In this document: positions 36,594 through 46,110 of the stretch, in pieces | Numbering within the stretch: the stretch's first letter is position 1 | How the letters are laid out: every line of letters starts with the position of its first letter | Origin: Acidimicrobiales bacterium | GTDB taxonomy: Bacteria; Actinomycetota; Acidimicrobiia; Acidimicrobiales; DATDAH01 | Assembly (NCBI GenBank): GCA_016794585.1 | Contig: JAEUJM010000043.1 | Location: 182,847-246,846 of the forward strand | Length of the DNA: 64,000 nucleotides | Direction of reading: 5' to 3' | Made by a program: the position numbers and the translations under genes | The notes under the pieces: model-generated | What the model was told of the DNA's origin: nothing | What the model saw: the letters and a program-made list of their open reading frames with translations, nothing else | Databases searched by the model: none

Positions 36594-38606
36594 TCATCCT
36601 GTGGCCGAGGTGGCGGCGGCATCGGCGCCGAGGACGTCCGCGGCACGGGGGGCGATGGGCATCTGCGCGGGGTCGGCGATGCCGGCGAAGATGCGGGCGA
36701 TGATGGGCGCCGCCGCGTCGGCGCCGTAACCGGCCTGCTCGAGGATCGCGGCCGCGACGTACTGGGGTGGCTGGTCGGGCAGGACCGGGCCGAACCCTGC
36801 GAACACCGAGGTGTTCTGCTTGTTGGTCACCTCGGCGGTGCCGGTCTTGCCGCCGACGGGCCAGCCGGGCGGATTGTTCTCGAACGCTCCGACCGCCGTG
36901 CCCTCGGCCCCCTGGGTCACGCCCACGAGGCCGTCGACGATGGGCTGGCGGATCTCGGGCGTGAGGTTGTAGCGCCCCTGGAGCTCGGGCTCGTACCGGT
37001 CGAGCACCTGGAGCTGGGCACCGTCGGCGATGGGGTCGACGACCGCGGTCGCGAGGTGGGGACGCCAGACGGTGCCCCCGTTGGCGATGGCGCCGTAGGC
37101 GTTGGCCAGCTGCAGCGGCGTCGAGAGCATCTCGCCCTGGCCGATGGCGAGGTTGACGTTGTCACCGCTCAGCCAGTCCCCGTACGGGAAGGCGTCGGGG
37201 TTCTCCTCGTGGTTGTTGGCCTTGCGCTCGGGCGTCGGCACCACCCCGCCGCGCTCCTCCCCCAGCTCGATGCCGGTGGGGGTGCCGAAGCCGAACGAGC
37301 GGGCGGTCTCCTGGAGCGCCTCTTCGCCGACCTCGTCCCGGCGCAGCCAGAGGATGTCGCCGATCTCGTAGTAGTAGTAGTTGCTGGAGACCTCGAGCGA
37401 GCGACGCATGTCCACGTCGCCGTGCGGCTGGGATTCGGAGTTGGCGAAGGTGCACGTGTCGCCCTCGCAGTTCTGGACCCGGTACTCCCCGACGTCATTG
37501 ACGGCGTCCACGGGCGTCCGGACGCCGTTCTCGATCGCGGCCAGCGCGGTGATGGGCTTGAAGGTCGACCCTGGGGCGTACTCGCCGGCCACGGCCCGGT
37601 TGAGCAGCGCCTTGGGCCCGTAGGGGTCGCTCAGGAGCGTGTACTGCTCCTGGCTGATGCCGTCGAGGAAGTCGTTGGGGTTGAACGTGGGGTACGAGGC
37701 CATGGCCACCACCCCGCCGTTGTTGGGGTCGAGCACGACCACCGAGCCGCCGGCGTTGTCGTAGGTGTCGTTGACCATGTCCATCCGGGTGGCGAGCTCG
37801 GTCTCGGCCAGCGACTGGACGTTGACGTCGAGGGTGCTGATGAGGTCATGGCCGGGGACCGGCGGGTCATGCGAGACCGTGCGCACCACGTTGCCTCTCG
37901 CGTCGACCTCGAGGACGAGCTCGCCCGGCTGCCCACGGAGCTGGTCTTCGTAGGCCGCCTCGATGCCGGCGCGCCCGATCTCGTCACCGGGCTCGTACCC
38001 GAGCGGGTTCTCGCCGTCGGTCTCCTCTTCGATCTGGTCGAGCTTCTCCTGGCTGATGGAGCCGATGTAGCCCAGCACGTGGGCACCGAGCGAGCCGTAG
38101 GGGTACTGGCGCACGGTCGTCCGACGCACCGAGACGCCCGGGAGGTCGCTTTGGCGCTCCATGACCGCGACCATCTGCTCGTCGGAGATGTCGGTGACCA
38201 CCGGTACCGGCGCGAAGGGGTCGATGAAGTTGTCGGCGATGTTCTCCTCGAGGGTGGCGACCGTCACGGGGACGTCCTCGCTGGTGAGCTGTGCGGCGAG
38301 CAGGCCGAGCACCCGGGCGCGCTCCTCGGGCTCGCCTTCCGCGGTCGGCAGCACCCGGACGTCGGCGATCACCTGGAGCACCTCGTGGCTGTCCACGAGC
38401 ACCTGCTGATTCCGGTCGAGGATGCGCCCGCGCGGCGCCTGCTCGTGGACGACGCGCAACCGGTTGTCGGTGGCCACCTGCTCGAAGTCGGAGCGCTGCA
38501 CGACCTGGAGCGTGTACATGCGCACGAAGAGCGCCGCGAACAGCGAGAACGCGACGATGCCGACGACGCTCAGCCGGAGGCCAGGGTTCTCAGTGGCCAC
38601 AGCCAT
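36594..38606 (-). CDS. mrdA: Penicillin-binding protein 2 (elongasome transpeptidase)
   Basis: PBP dimerisation domain plus the transpeptidase motifs STFKPITALAA, SSN and KTGTAEV. Confidence 0.9.
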   Translation of the reverse strand: MAVATENPGLRLSVVGIVAFSLFAALFVRMYTLQVVQRSDFEQVATDNRLRVVHEQAPRGRILDRNQQVLVDSHEVLQVIADVRVLPTAEGEPEERARVLGLLAAQLTSEDVPVTVATLEENIADNFIDPFAPVPVVTDISDEQMVAVMERQSDLPGVSVRRTTVRQYPYGSLGAHVLGYIGSISQEKLDQIEEETDGENPLGYEPGDEIGRAGIEAAYEDQLRGQPGELVLEVDARGNVVRTVSHDPPVPGHDLISTLDVNVQSLAETELATRMDMVNDTYDNAGGSVVVLDPNNGGVVAMASYPTFNPNDFLDGISQEQYTLLSDPYGPKALLNRAVAGEYAPGSTFKPITALAAIENGVRTPVDAVNDVGEYRVQNCEGDTCTFANSESQPHGDVDMRRSLEVSSNYYYYEIGDILWLRRDEVGEEALQETARSFGFGTPTGIELGEERGGVVPTPERKANNHEENPDAFPYGDWLSGDNVNLAIGQGEMLSTPLQLANAYGAIANGGTVWRPHLATAVVDPIADGAQLQVLDRYEPELQGRYNLTPEIRQPIVDGLVGVTQGAEGTAVGAFENNPPGWPVGGKTGTAEVTNKQNTSVFAGFGPVLPDQPPQYVAAAILEQAGYGADAAAPIIARIFAGIADPAQMPIAPRAADVLGADAAATSATG

Positions 38607-38647
38607 CTTCCCTGGAAAGCGCGGATACGGACCCTTCGATCATGACA

Positions 38648-39226
38648 TCACCAGCCGCCGCGGTGGGGTCGCCTCCGACGGGTGCTCCCCCGCCGGCTCC
38701 GGGTGAGCACCTCGGGCACGCGCAGCCGCTCGAGGCCCAGCGGCTCGCCCTGGCTCCAGCGGGTGATCGGCAACACGATCACGGCGAGCACGGTGTTGAG
38801 GACCCCGACCCCGAGCGCCACCAGGATCGAGTGCACGCTGAGCCACTCGAGGTTGCCGAGCAGGGCGCCGAGGGCGGCGTAGGCGAGCGTGGCCGCGCTG
38901 CTGGCGATGCCGGCGACGGCCAGCGGGGTCCACCAGGTGCTGCCGAGCACCGCGTGCTGGAGCCCACCGACGACGTAGCCCACCGAAGCGCCCACGAGCG
39001 CAGAGAGCCCGAAGGGGGTGGTCACCGTGAGATCGAAGAGGAGGCCCCCGGCGAATCCGGCGAGCGCACCCCGCTCCGGACCACCGGCCAGGCCGATCCC
39101 GATGGCCGTGAGCAGGATCACGTCCGGCACGACGCCGAACAAGGGGGTGCGGGAGAACAGGCTCACCTGGAGGAGGAAGGCGAGACCCACCACCACGGCC
39201 GTGCGCACCCCGACGAGCGAGCCCAT
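38648..39226 (-). CDS. mreD: Rod shape-determining protein MreD
   Basis: A small polytopic membrane protein of about 5 TM helices, encoded immediately after mreC (start overlaps the mreC stop). Position and hydropathy fit MreD. Confidence 0.65.
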   Translation of the reverse strand: MGSLVGVRTAVVVGLAFLLQVSLFSRTPLFGVVPDVILLTAIGIGLAGGPERGALAGFAGGLLFDLTVTTPFGLSALVGASVGYVVGGLQHAVLGSTWWTPLAVAGIASSAATLAYAALGALLGNLEWLSVHSILVALGVGVLNTVLAVIVLPITRWSQGEPLGLERLRVPEVLTRSRRGSTRRRRPHRGGW

Positions 39227-40146
39227 CAGCTCGGCGTCCAGAGCATCACGGAGACGAAGCTGAGGTGGTCGAGGTCGGCCGCCGGCTGGAGGTCGATGCT
39301 CTGCTCGATCTCGCGGCCGGCACCCACCGTGGTGCTCGTGGTGGTGGTCGCCGTGGGGTCGTCGCGCTCCGGGGCGGCAGCCTCCACCGCCTCGGTGGCG
39401 ATACCCACCGCGATCCCCGGAGGGAACAGGCTGCGCTCGACCCCGCTGGTGGTGAAGAAGTCCCCGGGGTTGATCTCAGTGGCTGCGTCGAGCCCGACGT
39501 CGACGCGGAGGTTCTGGCCCTCCCCTCGCCCTTCGGCCACGCCGATGTCGCCGCTCAGCACGTGGCGGACCCCGATGCGAAAGCCCGGATCGGTGATGAG
39601 CTGCACGTGCGCAGAGCTCAAGGAGACGTCCACGACCCGACCCACGAGGAGGGCCGAACGGCCGGGCACCTCGTCGGACGCCGCCGCGGTGACCACCGGC
39701 ATGCCTCGTCGGATGCCCGCGTTGGCGCCCTTGTCGATCTGGATGGTGCGGTCGAAGTTCGACACCGGGCCGCCCACCACCCGGGCGTTGGTGCGCACGA
39801 TGTCGGCCACGTCGGGGAGGTCGAGCGCCTCACGCATGGCGTCGAGGTCCGCGGCGGCCTGCTGTGCCAGGGCTTGGTCGCCGCGGAGCTCGTCGAGCTG
39901 GCGGCGCAGCTCCTCGTTCTCGGCCCGGAGGTCGTCGCGGTTGAACACGCCGTTGAAGGCGTCGCCGACAGGCCCGAACACGGTGTCGCTGACCGCCCGC
40001 ACCGGGCTGAGGACCGCGCCGAGCCCCGACTTCACGCTGTTGACCGGCCCGAGGTTGGCCGTGTCGAGCGCGATCACCGTGATCGAGATCAGCACGAGCA
40101 CGACGAGGGTGGTGCGCGAGCGTCCGTGCTCGCGCGGGGGTGCCAC
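39226..40146 (-). CDS. mreC: Rod shape-determining protein MreC
   Basis: N-terminal TM helix, coiled coil (LRAENEELRRQLDELRG) and the MreC beta-domain. Confidence 0.85.
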   Translation of the reverse strand: MAPPREHGRSRTTLVVLVLISITVIALDTANLGPVNSVKSGLGAVLSPVRAVSDTVFGPVGDAFNGVFNRDDLRAENEELRRQLDELRGDQALAQQAAADLDAMREALDLPDVADIVRTNARVVGGPVSNFDRTIQIDKGANAGIRRGMPVVTAAASDEVPGRSALLVGRVVDVSLSSAHVQLITDPGFRIGVRHVLSGDIGVAEGRGEGQNLRVDVGLDAATEINPGDFFTTSGVERSLFPPGIAVGIATEAVEAAAPERDDPTATTTTSTTVGAGREIEQSIDLQPAADLDHLSFVSVMLWTPS

Positions 40147-40158
40147 GCCCGGGGCCGG

Positions 40159-41196
40159 CTAGAGCCGGTTGGCGGAGAACAAGACGCCCTTGAGCGCCTC
40201 GAACTCCTCGAGCGACTGCCCGGAGCCGAGCGCCACCGCGTACAACGGGTTCTCGGCCACCCGGACGGGCATGCCGGTCTCGTGGCCCAACCGCTCGGGG
40301 AAGCCGTGCAGCAGCGCGCCGCCGCCGGCGCACATGATGCCCTGCTCCATGATGTCGGCGGCGAGCTCGGGAGGGGTCTTGTCGAGGGTGACCTTCACGG
40401 CGTCGATGATGGCCGCGACCTGCTCCTCGAGGGCCTCGCGAATCTCGCCCGTGGACAGCACGACCGTCTTGGGCAGGCCGGTCACGAGGTCGCGGCCGCG
40501 GATCTCGGCGTTCAGCTCCTGCTGGAGCGGCCACGCCGACCCGAGCTGGATCTTGACCTCCTCAGCGGTGCGCTCGCCGAGCGCCACGCTGTACTCCTTC
40601 TTCATGTACTGGATGATGGCGTCGTCCAGCTCGTCGCCGCCGACGCGCGAGGACTGGCTGGCCACGATGCCGCCGAGGGAGATGACCGCCACCTCGGTGG
40701 TGCCACCACCGATGTCGACGATCATGTTCCCGGTGGGCTCCTGGACGGGCAGGCCGGCGCCGATGGCCGCGGCCATGGGCTCTTCGATGATGTAGGCGGG
40801 CTTGCGGGCGCCGGCGTACTCGGCGGCCTCCTGCACCGCCCGCTGCTCCACCCCGGTGATGCCGGAGGGGACGCAGATGACCATGCGGGGCTTCACCCAC
40901 CGGCGCTGGTGCACCTTGTGGATGAAGTAGCGCAGCATCTTCTCGCAGATCTCGAAGTCGGCGATGACGCCGTCCTTCAGGGGGCGGATGGCCTGGATGT
41001 GGCCGGGCGTGCGCCCGATCATGCGCTTGGCCTCGATGCCGACGGCCAGCGGACGGCCGTCGCGGGTGTTGATGGCCACCACCGAAGGCTCGTTCAAGAC
41101 GATGCCCCGCCCGCGCACGTAGACCAGGGTGTTGGCGGTGCCGAGGTCGACCGCCATGTCGCGGCCCATCACGGTGGTCAACAGGTTGTCGGACAT
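40159..41196 (-). CDS. mreB: Rod shape-determining protein MreB (actin homologue)
   Basis: MreB motifs [18 protein letters not shown] and [16 protein letters not shown], over the full length. Confidence 0.95.
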   Translation of the reverse strand: MSDNLLTTVMGRDMAVDLGTANTLVYVRGRGIVLNEPSVVAINTRDGRPLAVGIEAKRMIGRTPGHIQAIRPLKDGVIADFEICEKMLRYFIHKVHQRRWVKPRMVICVPSGITGVEQRAVQEAAEYAGARKPAYIIEEPMAAAIGAGLPVQEPTGNMIVDIGGGTTEVAVISLGGIVASQSSRVGGDELDDAIIQYMKKEYSVALGERTAEEVKIQLGSAWPLQQELNAEIRGRDLVTGLPKTVVLSTGEIREALEEQVAAIIDAVKVTLDKTPPELAADIMEQGIMCAGGGALLHGFPERLGHETGMPVRVAENPLYAVALGSGQSLEEFEALKGVLFSANRL

Positions 41197-41273
41197 CCAG
41201 CGCCCCTACTCCGCAGTCGGGTTTGGGGGATTGTAACGCAAATGCAATGAGGCCGCGCCCGCCCGGCGCCAGG

Positions 41274-41684
41274 CTACGCCAAGTCGGGGAAGAAGATGGC
41301 GATCTCCCGGGCGGCGGACTCCTGGGAGTCCGAGCCGTGGACCAGGTTCTCGGTGAGCTCGATGCCGAAGTCGCCCCGGATCGTGCCCGGTGCCGCCTCG
41401 GCGGGGTTGGTGGTGCCCATCATCGTGCGGACGACCTTGTAGGTGTCCTCGGGGCCCTCGACGACGAGCACGAGCGCCGGCGAGCGGCCGATGAAGGCCA
41501 CCAGGTCGTCGTAGAAGCCCTTGCCCTGGTGCTCCTCGTAGTGGCGCCCTGCGGTCTCGGCGTCGATCGTGCGCAACTCGGCGGCGACGAGGCGGAGGCC
41601 CTTGCGCTCGAGGCGGCTGACGATCTCCCCGGCGAGGCCGCGTTCCACGGCGTCGGGCTTGGCGATGACGAGAGTTCGGTCCAT
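41274..41684 (-). CDS. ndk: Nucleoside diphosphate kinase
   Basis: The NDK active-site region GTIRGDFGIELTENLVHGSDS and the start MDRTLVIAKPDAVERGL. Confidence 0.95.
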   Translation of the reverse strand: MDRTLVIAKPDAVERGLAGEIVSRLERKGLRLVAAELRTIDAETAGRHYEEHQGKGFYDDLVAFIGRSPALVLVVEGPEDTYKVVRTMMGTTNPAEAAPGTIRGDFGIELTENLVHGSDSQESAAREIAIFFPDLA

Positions 41685-41731
41685 GAGGGCGGCAGCCTAC
41701 GGGAGGTCGGCCGCTGCCCGGAAACCGGGAC

Positions 41732-42421
41732 TCACGGGTGGGGAAGGCTGCGCGACGCCGTCGCGCCGTTCCAGGTCGGCGACGAGCTCACGTTGGTCAC
41801 CGTCGCCGTGACGGGCGTGATGGAGTCCGAGACGCCGCTGATGCGGGCGAGGCACTGTCCGTTCGTCGCCGTCGTGCAGGTCGTGGTGCCGAGCACGTTG
41901 CCGTTCGACCGCGTGAAGCGCACCGTCACGACGGCGCCGGAGACGTTGGCCCCGGTGCTGGTGTTCTTGATGGTCACGGTGATGGCCGGCCGCCACCCGC
42001 TGCCCGAGGTGTCGGAGCTGGCGGAGGTCCCGCTGATGTAGGAGCGGGGCGCCGCCGTGGTCGTCGTCGTGGTCGGCGCCGCCGTGGTGGTCGTCGTGGG
42101 CGGGGCGGTCGTGGTCGTCGTGGGCGGGGCGGTCGTGGTCGTCGTCGTGGGCGCCGCCGTGGTCGTGGTGGTGGGGGCTGCGGTGGTCGAGGTCGACGAG
42201 CCGCCGGGGATGGACGTCCCCGTGGGCGACGCCCCGTCGGTGCCCGGTAGCGCGCCGATGCGGCTGCTGGTGTCGTCGTAGTAGTCGTCGGCGTTGCGCT
42301 CGAGGGCCTGGATGGCCCCGAGCGAGGCGAACAGGAGCAGCGCCGCGATCAAGGCGTACTCGACGCCGGTCGCCCCACGCTCTGCGCCTCCACGGCGCCA
42401 CCACCTCCGGAGCGAACCCAT
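41732..42421 (-). CDS. Flp/TadE-type class III signal-peptide protein with a long Thr/Pro-rich linker and a C-terminal beta-rich domain (atypical extended pilin or pseudopilin)
   Basis: The N-terminus RRGGAERGATGVEYALIAALLLFASLGAI matches the Flp prepilin motif (G/xxxxEY plus a hydrophobic helix). A (T5-6 A/P P)n linker follows, encoded by tandem DNA repeats, and then a ~130-aa Ser/Thr/Asn-rich domain. ATG 42421 is chosen as start. GTG 42430 is an alternative. Confidence 0.55.
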   Translation of the reverse strand: MGSLRRWWRRGGAERGATGVEYALIAALLLFASLGAIQALERNADDYYDDTSSRIGALPGTDGASPTGTSIPGGSSTSTTAAPTTTTTAAPTTTTTTAPPTTTTTAPPTTTTTAAPTTTTTTAAPRSYISGTSASSDTSGSGWRPAITVTIKNTSTGANVSGAVVTVRFTRSNGNVLGTTTCTTATNGQCLARISGVSDSITPVTATVTNVSSSPTWNGATASRSLPHP

Positions 42422-42527
42422 ACGACCCACGTATCGACCGTTCGGGCCCCGCGATCAAGGAGTTCACCGGGCGAATGCCGGGGAACTCTCCGGGGCCGGT
42501 GCCGGCGCCCGGTCGGCGGTCAGGGCC

Positions 42528-43100
42528 TCAGACGAAGGCCATGGTGCCGGTCGCCCGGTCGAGGGCGTGGTTCAGGAGCACGAGGATGGACTCCTTCACC
42601 GACTCGCGGTCCCGGGCGTCGATGGCGATCACGGGCACGTCGGGCTTCACGTCCAGCGCGGTCGCGACGTCGCGCAGGCTGTGGTGGGCCACGCCGTCGA
42701 ACTGGTTGACCGCCGCCACGAACGGGATGTCCCGGGACTCGAAGTAGTCGACGGCCGGGAAGCAGTCGTCGAAGCGGCGGCTGTCGATGAGCACCAGGGC
42801 CCCGAGGGCCCCGATCACGAGGTCGTCCCACATGAACCCGAAGCGGTCCTGGCCCGGGGTGCCGAAGAGGTACATCACGAGCCCGCCGTCGAGGGTGATG
42901 CGGCCGAAGTCCATCGCCACGGTGGTCGTGGTCTTGCCCGTGACGTCGCCGAGGTCGTCGACCTGGGCGGCGACGGTCGTCATGGCCGCCTCGGTGGTGA
43001 GCGGCTCGATCTCGGACACGGCGCCCACCAGGGTGGTCTTGCCGACACCGAAACCGCCGGCGACCACCAGCTTGATGGGAAGGGGGTGGGTCTCGGCCAT
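42528..43100 (-). CDS. cvnD: Conservon GTPase CvnD-like (Ras-like ATP/GTP-binding protein)
   Basis: P-loop LVVAGGFGVGKTTLVG, DTPGQ switch II and NKxD-like VNQFD. It is the last gene of a cvnA-B-C-D-type cluster. Confidence 0.8.
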   Translation of the reverse strand: MAETHPLPIKLVVAGGFGVGKTTLVGAVSEIEPLTTEAAMTTVAAQVDDLGDVTGKTTTTVAMDFGRITLDGGLVMYLFGTPGQDRFGFMWDDLVIGALGALVLIDSRRFDDCFPAVDYFESRDIPFVAAVNQFDGVAHHSLRDVATALDVKPDVPVIAIDARDRESVKESILVLLNHALDRATGTMAFV

Positions 43101-43106
43101 GGCTCC

Positions 43107-43505
43107 TCAGATCTTCTCGAACGCGGTGATGACCCGTCGCAGCAGGTCGGGGTCGGTGGCGGTGCCGGCCGCCGCGGCGTGCTGGGCGAGGAGCCCGCCG
43201 CCCACCAGATCGCCGGCCAGGACCTGCACGACGCCCAGTGGCAGCACGAGGCGTGCCGACAACTCGGCGACGGAGATGGGGGACGTCGCCCGGTGCAACA
43301 GGCCGCTGTGCTCCGGGCCGATCTGCCCGAGGCGCTCGCGGCCCAGTTCCGTGATCACCACCAGGGTCTCGAACCCGCCGGCGAGCTGCGCCGAGCGGGT
43401 GCGGCCCTTCGTGATCAGGTAGGGCCGGACCCCGTGCTCGCCCGCGCCGGTCTCGGCTGCCGCCCTCGAGGGCATGGGACGCGCACCGGGGTGGCCGTCG
43501 CTCAT
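43107..43505 (-). CDS. cvnC: Conservon DUF742 protein CvnC-like
   Basis: Motifs VRPYLITKGRT and SVAELSARLVLPLGVVQVLAGDL, typical of DUF742 proteins. The ATG overlaps the cvnB stop (ATGA). Confidence 0.75.
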   Translation of the reverse strand: MSDGHPGARPMPSRAAAETGAGEHGVRPYLITKGRTRSAQLAGGFETLVVITELGRERLGQIGPEHSGLLHRATSPISVAELSARLVLPLGVVQVLAGDLVGGGLLAQHAAAAGTATDPDLLRRVITAFEKI

Positions 43506-43927
43506 CTGGCCAGGGCCCCCTTCAGCTCGGCGATGAGCTCGGGGGTCAGGGAGGAGCCCACCCGTTCGACGAGCAGCGTGGTGCCGTAGCCCACCGCCCC
43601 CAGGTCGCAAGACGGGCCCGCGACCACGCCCAGGCACGACCCACCGCTGATGGCGGTGACGAACAGGTACCCGTCGGTCATCTCGACGATGGCCTGGCTC
43701 AGGCCACCCCGCCCGGTCACCCGCGCGGCGCCGTCGGCCAGGCTCCGCAGCCCGGACACGATGGCCGCGAGCTGGTCGGCCGCCGAGCGGTCCAGGTTGG
43801 ACGACATGGCCATGAGCAGGCCGTCCGAGGAGACGGCGATCGCCTCCTCCACCTCGGCGGTGCTGTCGACGAAGTTCGACAGCAGCCAGCTGATGTTGCG
43901 CACCTGCTCGCTCAGGGTGGACGTCAC
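43502..43927 (-). CDS. cvnB: Conservon roadblock/LC7-domain protein CvnB-like
   Basis: [40 protein letters not shown] is the roadblock/LC7 (MglB-like) fold sequence. The ATG overlaps the cvnA stop. Confidence 0.8.
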   Translation of the reverse strand: MTSTLSEQVRNISWLLSNFVDSTAEVEEAIAVSSDGLLMAMSSNLDRSAADQLAAIVSGLRSLADGAARVTGRGGLSQAIVEMTDGYLFVTAISGGSCLGVVAGPSCDLGAVGYGTTLLVERVGSSLTPELIAELKGALAR

Positions 43928-46035
43928 CGGGGGCCTCCTTCGTCCGGGCTCGGACGATCGTGGCGGGCCTGACGGACGCCGGCCTGGAGGCGGGCCAGGT
44001 TGGAGCGGACCTCGTCGGGCGAGCGTCGGGTGGCGCCCGGCGAGCCGGCCCCGCCCGGAGGGGTGGGGGCGGGCGCAGGTGCGGCGGACGGGGATGTCGA
44101 GTGGCCGCCGACGCCGTTCGCCTGGTCACCGTTCGCGCCTGTGCCCCGTCGCGAGCGCAGCGTCGCGCCCGCCGGGGCGCCCGAGAGACGGTCCGGTGCC
44201 GACGCGGTCGGCCCGGGCGCCACGGTGGGGGCCGCGGGCGGGTCGGCACGGAGCGGGGCCGGGGGGACCAACGTCGGGAGCCGCACTCCCGCGGACGGCG
44301 GCGCCTCACCCGCCGCGTGCGTGGCGGTCGAGGTGGTCGAGGAGGTCGACGGCGTCGCCACCGCACCGGCCATGGCGGGAGTGCGGTCTCGCGGCCCGGC
44401 GACGGCCTCCGGGGCCCGGTCCCCCACCGCGGCACCCGCCGTGGTCGGTGACGCCGGCGCGGGCGCCGACCGCGCCGGGGTGGCCTGGCCCGGAAGGGGG
44501 CCGACGAGGCCGAAGGGCAGCCACACCAGCGCCACGGTGCCCCCACTCGGGTTGTCGGCGAGCTGCACGTGGAGGTCGTGGCGGGCGGCGAGGCGGCCGA
44601 CGACGTGGAGGCCCAGCATCTTCGCCCGCGAGCCGTCGTCGCCACCGCTGACCCGCAGCTGGGCCTCGGCCATCTGCTCGGCCGTCATCCCGAGCCCGTG
44701 GTCGACGATGGACAGGACGTAGCCGTCCTCGCGCCGCCGGCCGTGGACCTCCACCTGGGTCGACGGCGGAGAGAAGAGCGCGGCGTTCTCGAGCAGCTCG
44801 GCGAGGAGGTGGGTCACGTCGGCCGCCGCCGTGCCGAGCACCGCGGCGGGCTCGAGGCCGGCGAGATCGATGCGGCCGAAGTCCTCGATCTCGGAGATCG
44901 CGGCGCGCACGACGTCGATCATGGGCACGGGCGTCGACCAGGTCCGAGCGGGCTCGGCGCCGGCCAGCACGAGCAGGCTCTCGGCGTTGCGCCGCATGCG
45001 GGTGGCGAGGTGGTCCAGGCGGAACAGGTGGTCGAGCGCCTCGGCGTCACGCTCGTTCTGCTCGAGGTCGGACACGAACGAGAGCATGCGTCGCAGCAGG
45101 TTCTGGTTCCGCCGGCCCAGGTGCAGGTAGGTCTCGGACACGTCTCGCTGGATGCGGGCCTGCTCGGCGGCGAGATCGACGGCGGTCCGCACCACCGAGT
45201 TGAAGGCCTCGGTGGCGTGGGCGAGCTCGTCGTGTCCCATGGCCGGCGCCAGTTCGAGATCGGGGGCTCCGTCGACGAGGTCGGCGGACCGGAGCTCCTC
45301 GGCCACACGGGGCAGGTTGCGCTCGAGTGCATTCAGGGGACGGCGGATCGACCGGACCACCAGGGCGGCGAGGACGACGGCCAGGACCGCCACCACGGCC
45401 ACGAAGATCACGAGCATGTCGGTCCGACGCTCGATGAGGGCGGAGGTCTCGGCCTGCACCTCGGCCTCGTGCGCGGCGGCCAGGCGGGTCACACGGCCGA
45501 CGGCGTCGTCGTGTCGCTCGTAGGCGCTCTGCAGCGGCCCCTCGACCAGACGCTGGGCCTCTTCGGTGTCGCCGTCGGCGACCGCAGGCAGGAAGTCCTC
45601 GTCGACGACGTCCCAGAACTCCTGGGCCGGCGCGTACGAGTCGGAGAGGAGCGCGAACCGAAGCGAGGGCTCGTCACCGAGCCGCTCCTCCCAGAAGTCG
45701 TGGCGCTCCTCGTACTTCGCCTGGAGTCCCTCGAGGCGCTCGGTGAGCACCGCCACCCGACCGGGATCGGTCTCCGTGGCGAGCTGGCGCACGACCAGGA
45801 AGCTCTCCACCAGAAACTCGGGCGGGGCCGTGACGTCGCTCACGAGCTCCTTGGTCTCGATGATGTCGGCGTAGGAGGGGCCTTCGACCTTGACCGCCTG
45901 CATCGTCTGGAAGCCCAGCACGGCCACGCCGGTGACCGCGAGGAGGGGCACGGCCATCATGAGGGCCAGCCGAGTGCGGATCTTCAGACGTGACAGCAAC
46001 CTCATGACCTCCCAGAGCAGCCAGACGGCCCCCAC
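43924..46035 (-). CDS. cvnA: Conservon sensor histidine-kinase-like protein CvnA-like (NIT/HAMP/HATPase_c, long Pro/Ala-rich C-terminal tail)
   Basis: N-terminal TM helix, a periplasmic nitrate/nitrite-sensing-like region, a second TM helix, then a HAMP-like helix and HATPase_c ([13 protein letters not shown]... IVDHGLGM). The C-terminus is P/A/S-rich and disordered. The true start may be the internal ATG at about 46005. Confidence 0.8.
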   Translation of the reverse strand: MGAVWLLWEVMRLLSRLKIRTRLALMMAVPLLAVTGVAVLGFQTMQAVKVEGPSYADIIETKELVSDVTAPPEFLVESFLVVRQLATETDPGRVAVLTERLEGLQAKYEERHDFWEERLGDEPSLRFALLSDSYAPAQEFWDVVDEDFLPAVADGDTEEAQRLVEGPLQSAYERHDDAVGRVTRLAAAHEAEVQAETSALIERRTDMLVIFVAVVAVLAVVLAALVVRSIRRPLNALERNLPRVAEELRSADLVDGAPDLELAPAMGHDELAHATEAFNSVVRTAVDLAAEQARIQRDVSETYLHLGRRNQNLLRRMLSFVSDLEQNERDAEALDHLFRLDHLATRMRRNAESLLVLAGAEPARTWSTPVPMIDVVRAAISEIEDFGRIDLAGLEPAAVLGTAAADVTHLLAELLENAALFSPPSTQVEVHGRRREDGYVLSIVDHGLGMTAEQMAEAQLRVSGGDDGSRAKMLGLHVVGRLAARHDLHVQLADNPSGGTVALVWLPFGLVGPLPGQATPARSAPAPASPTTAGAAVGDRAPEAVAGPRDRTPAMAGAVATPSTSSTTSTATHAAGEAPPSAGVRLPTLVPPAPLRADPPAAPTVAPGPTASAPDRLSGAPAGATLRSRRGTGANGDQANGVGGHSTSPSAAPAPAPTPPGGAGSPGATRRSPDEVRSNLARLQAGVRQARHDRPSPDEGGPR

Positions 46036-46110
46036 GGCAGCATCGGCCGGTGCGTGGTCGGAGTTGAGGTTTCACGGCGCCCGGCGATCGGACGATCGGG
46101 GGCGAAGGCG

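Noticed and set aside
42057-42200. Tandem DNA repeats (gtcgtggtcgtcgtgggcgg...) considered as a non-coding repeat or CRISPR-like array
   Set aside because: They are in frame within the Flp-like gene and encode its (T5-6 A/P P)n linker. No spacer-repeat architecture is present. No CRISPR arrays were found anywhere in the window.
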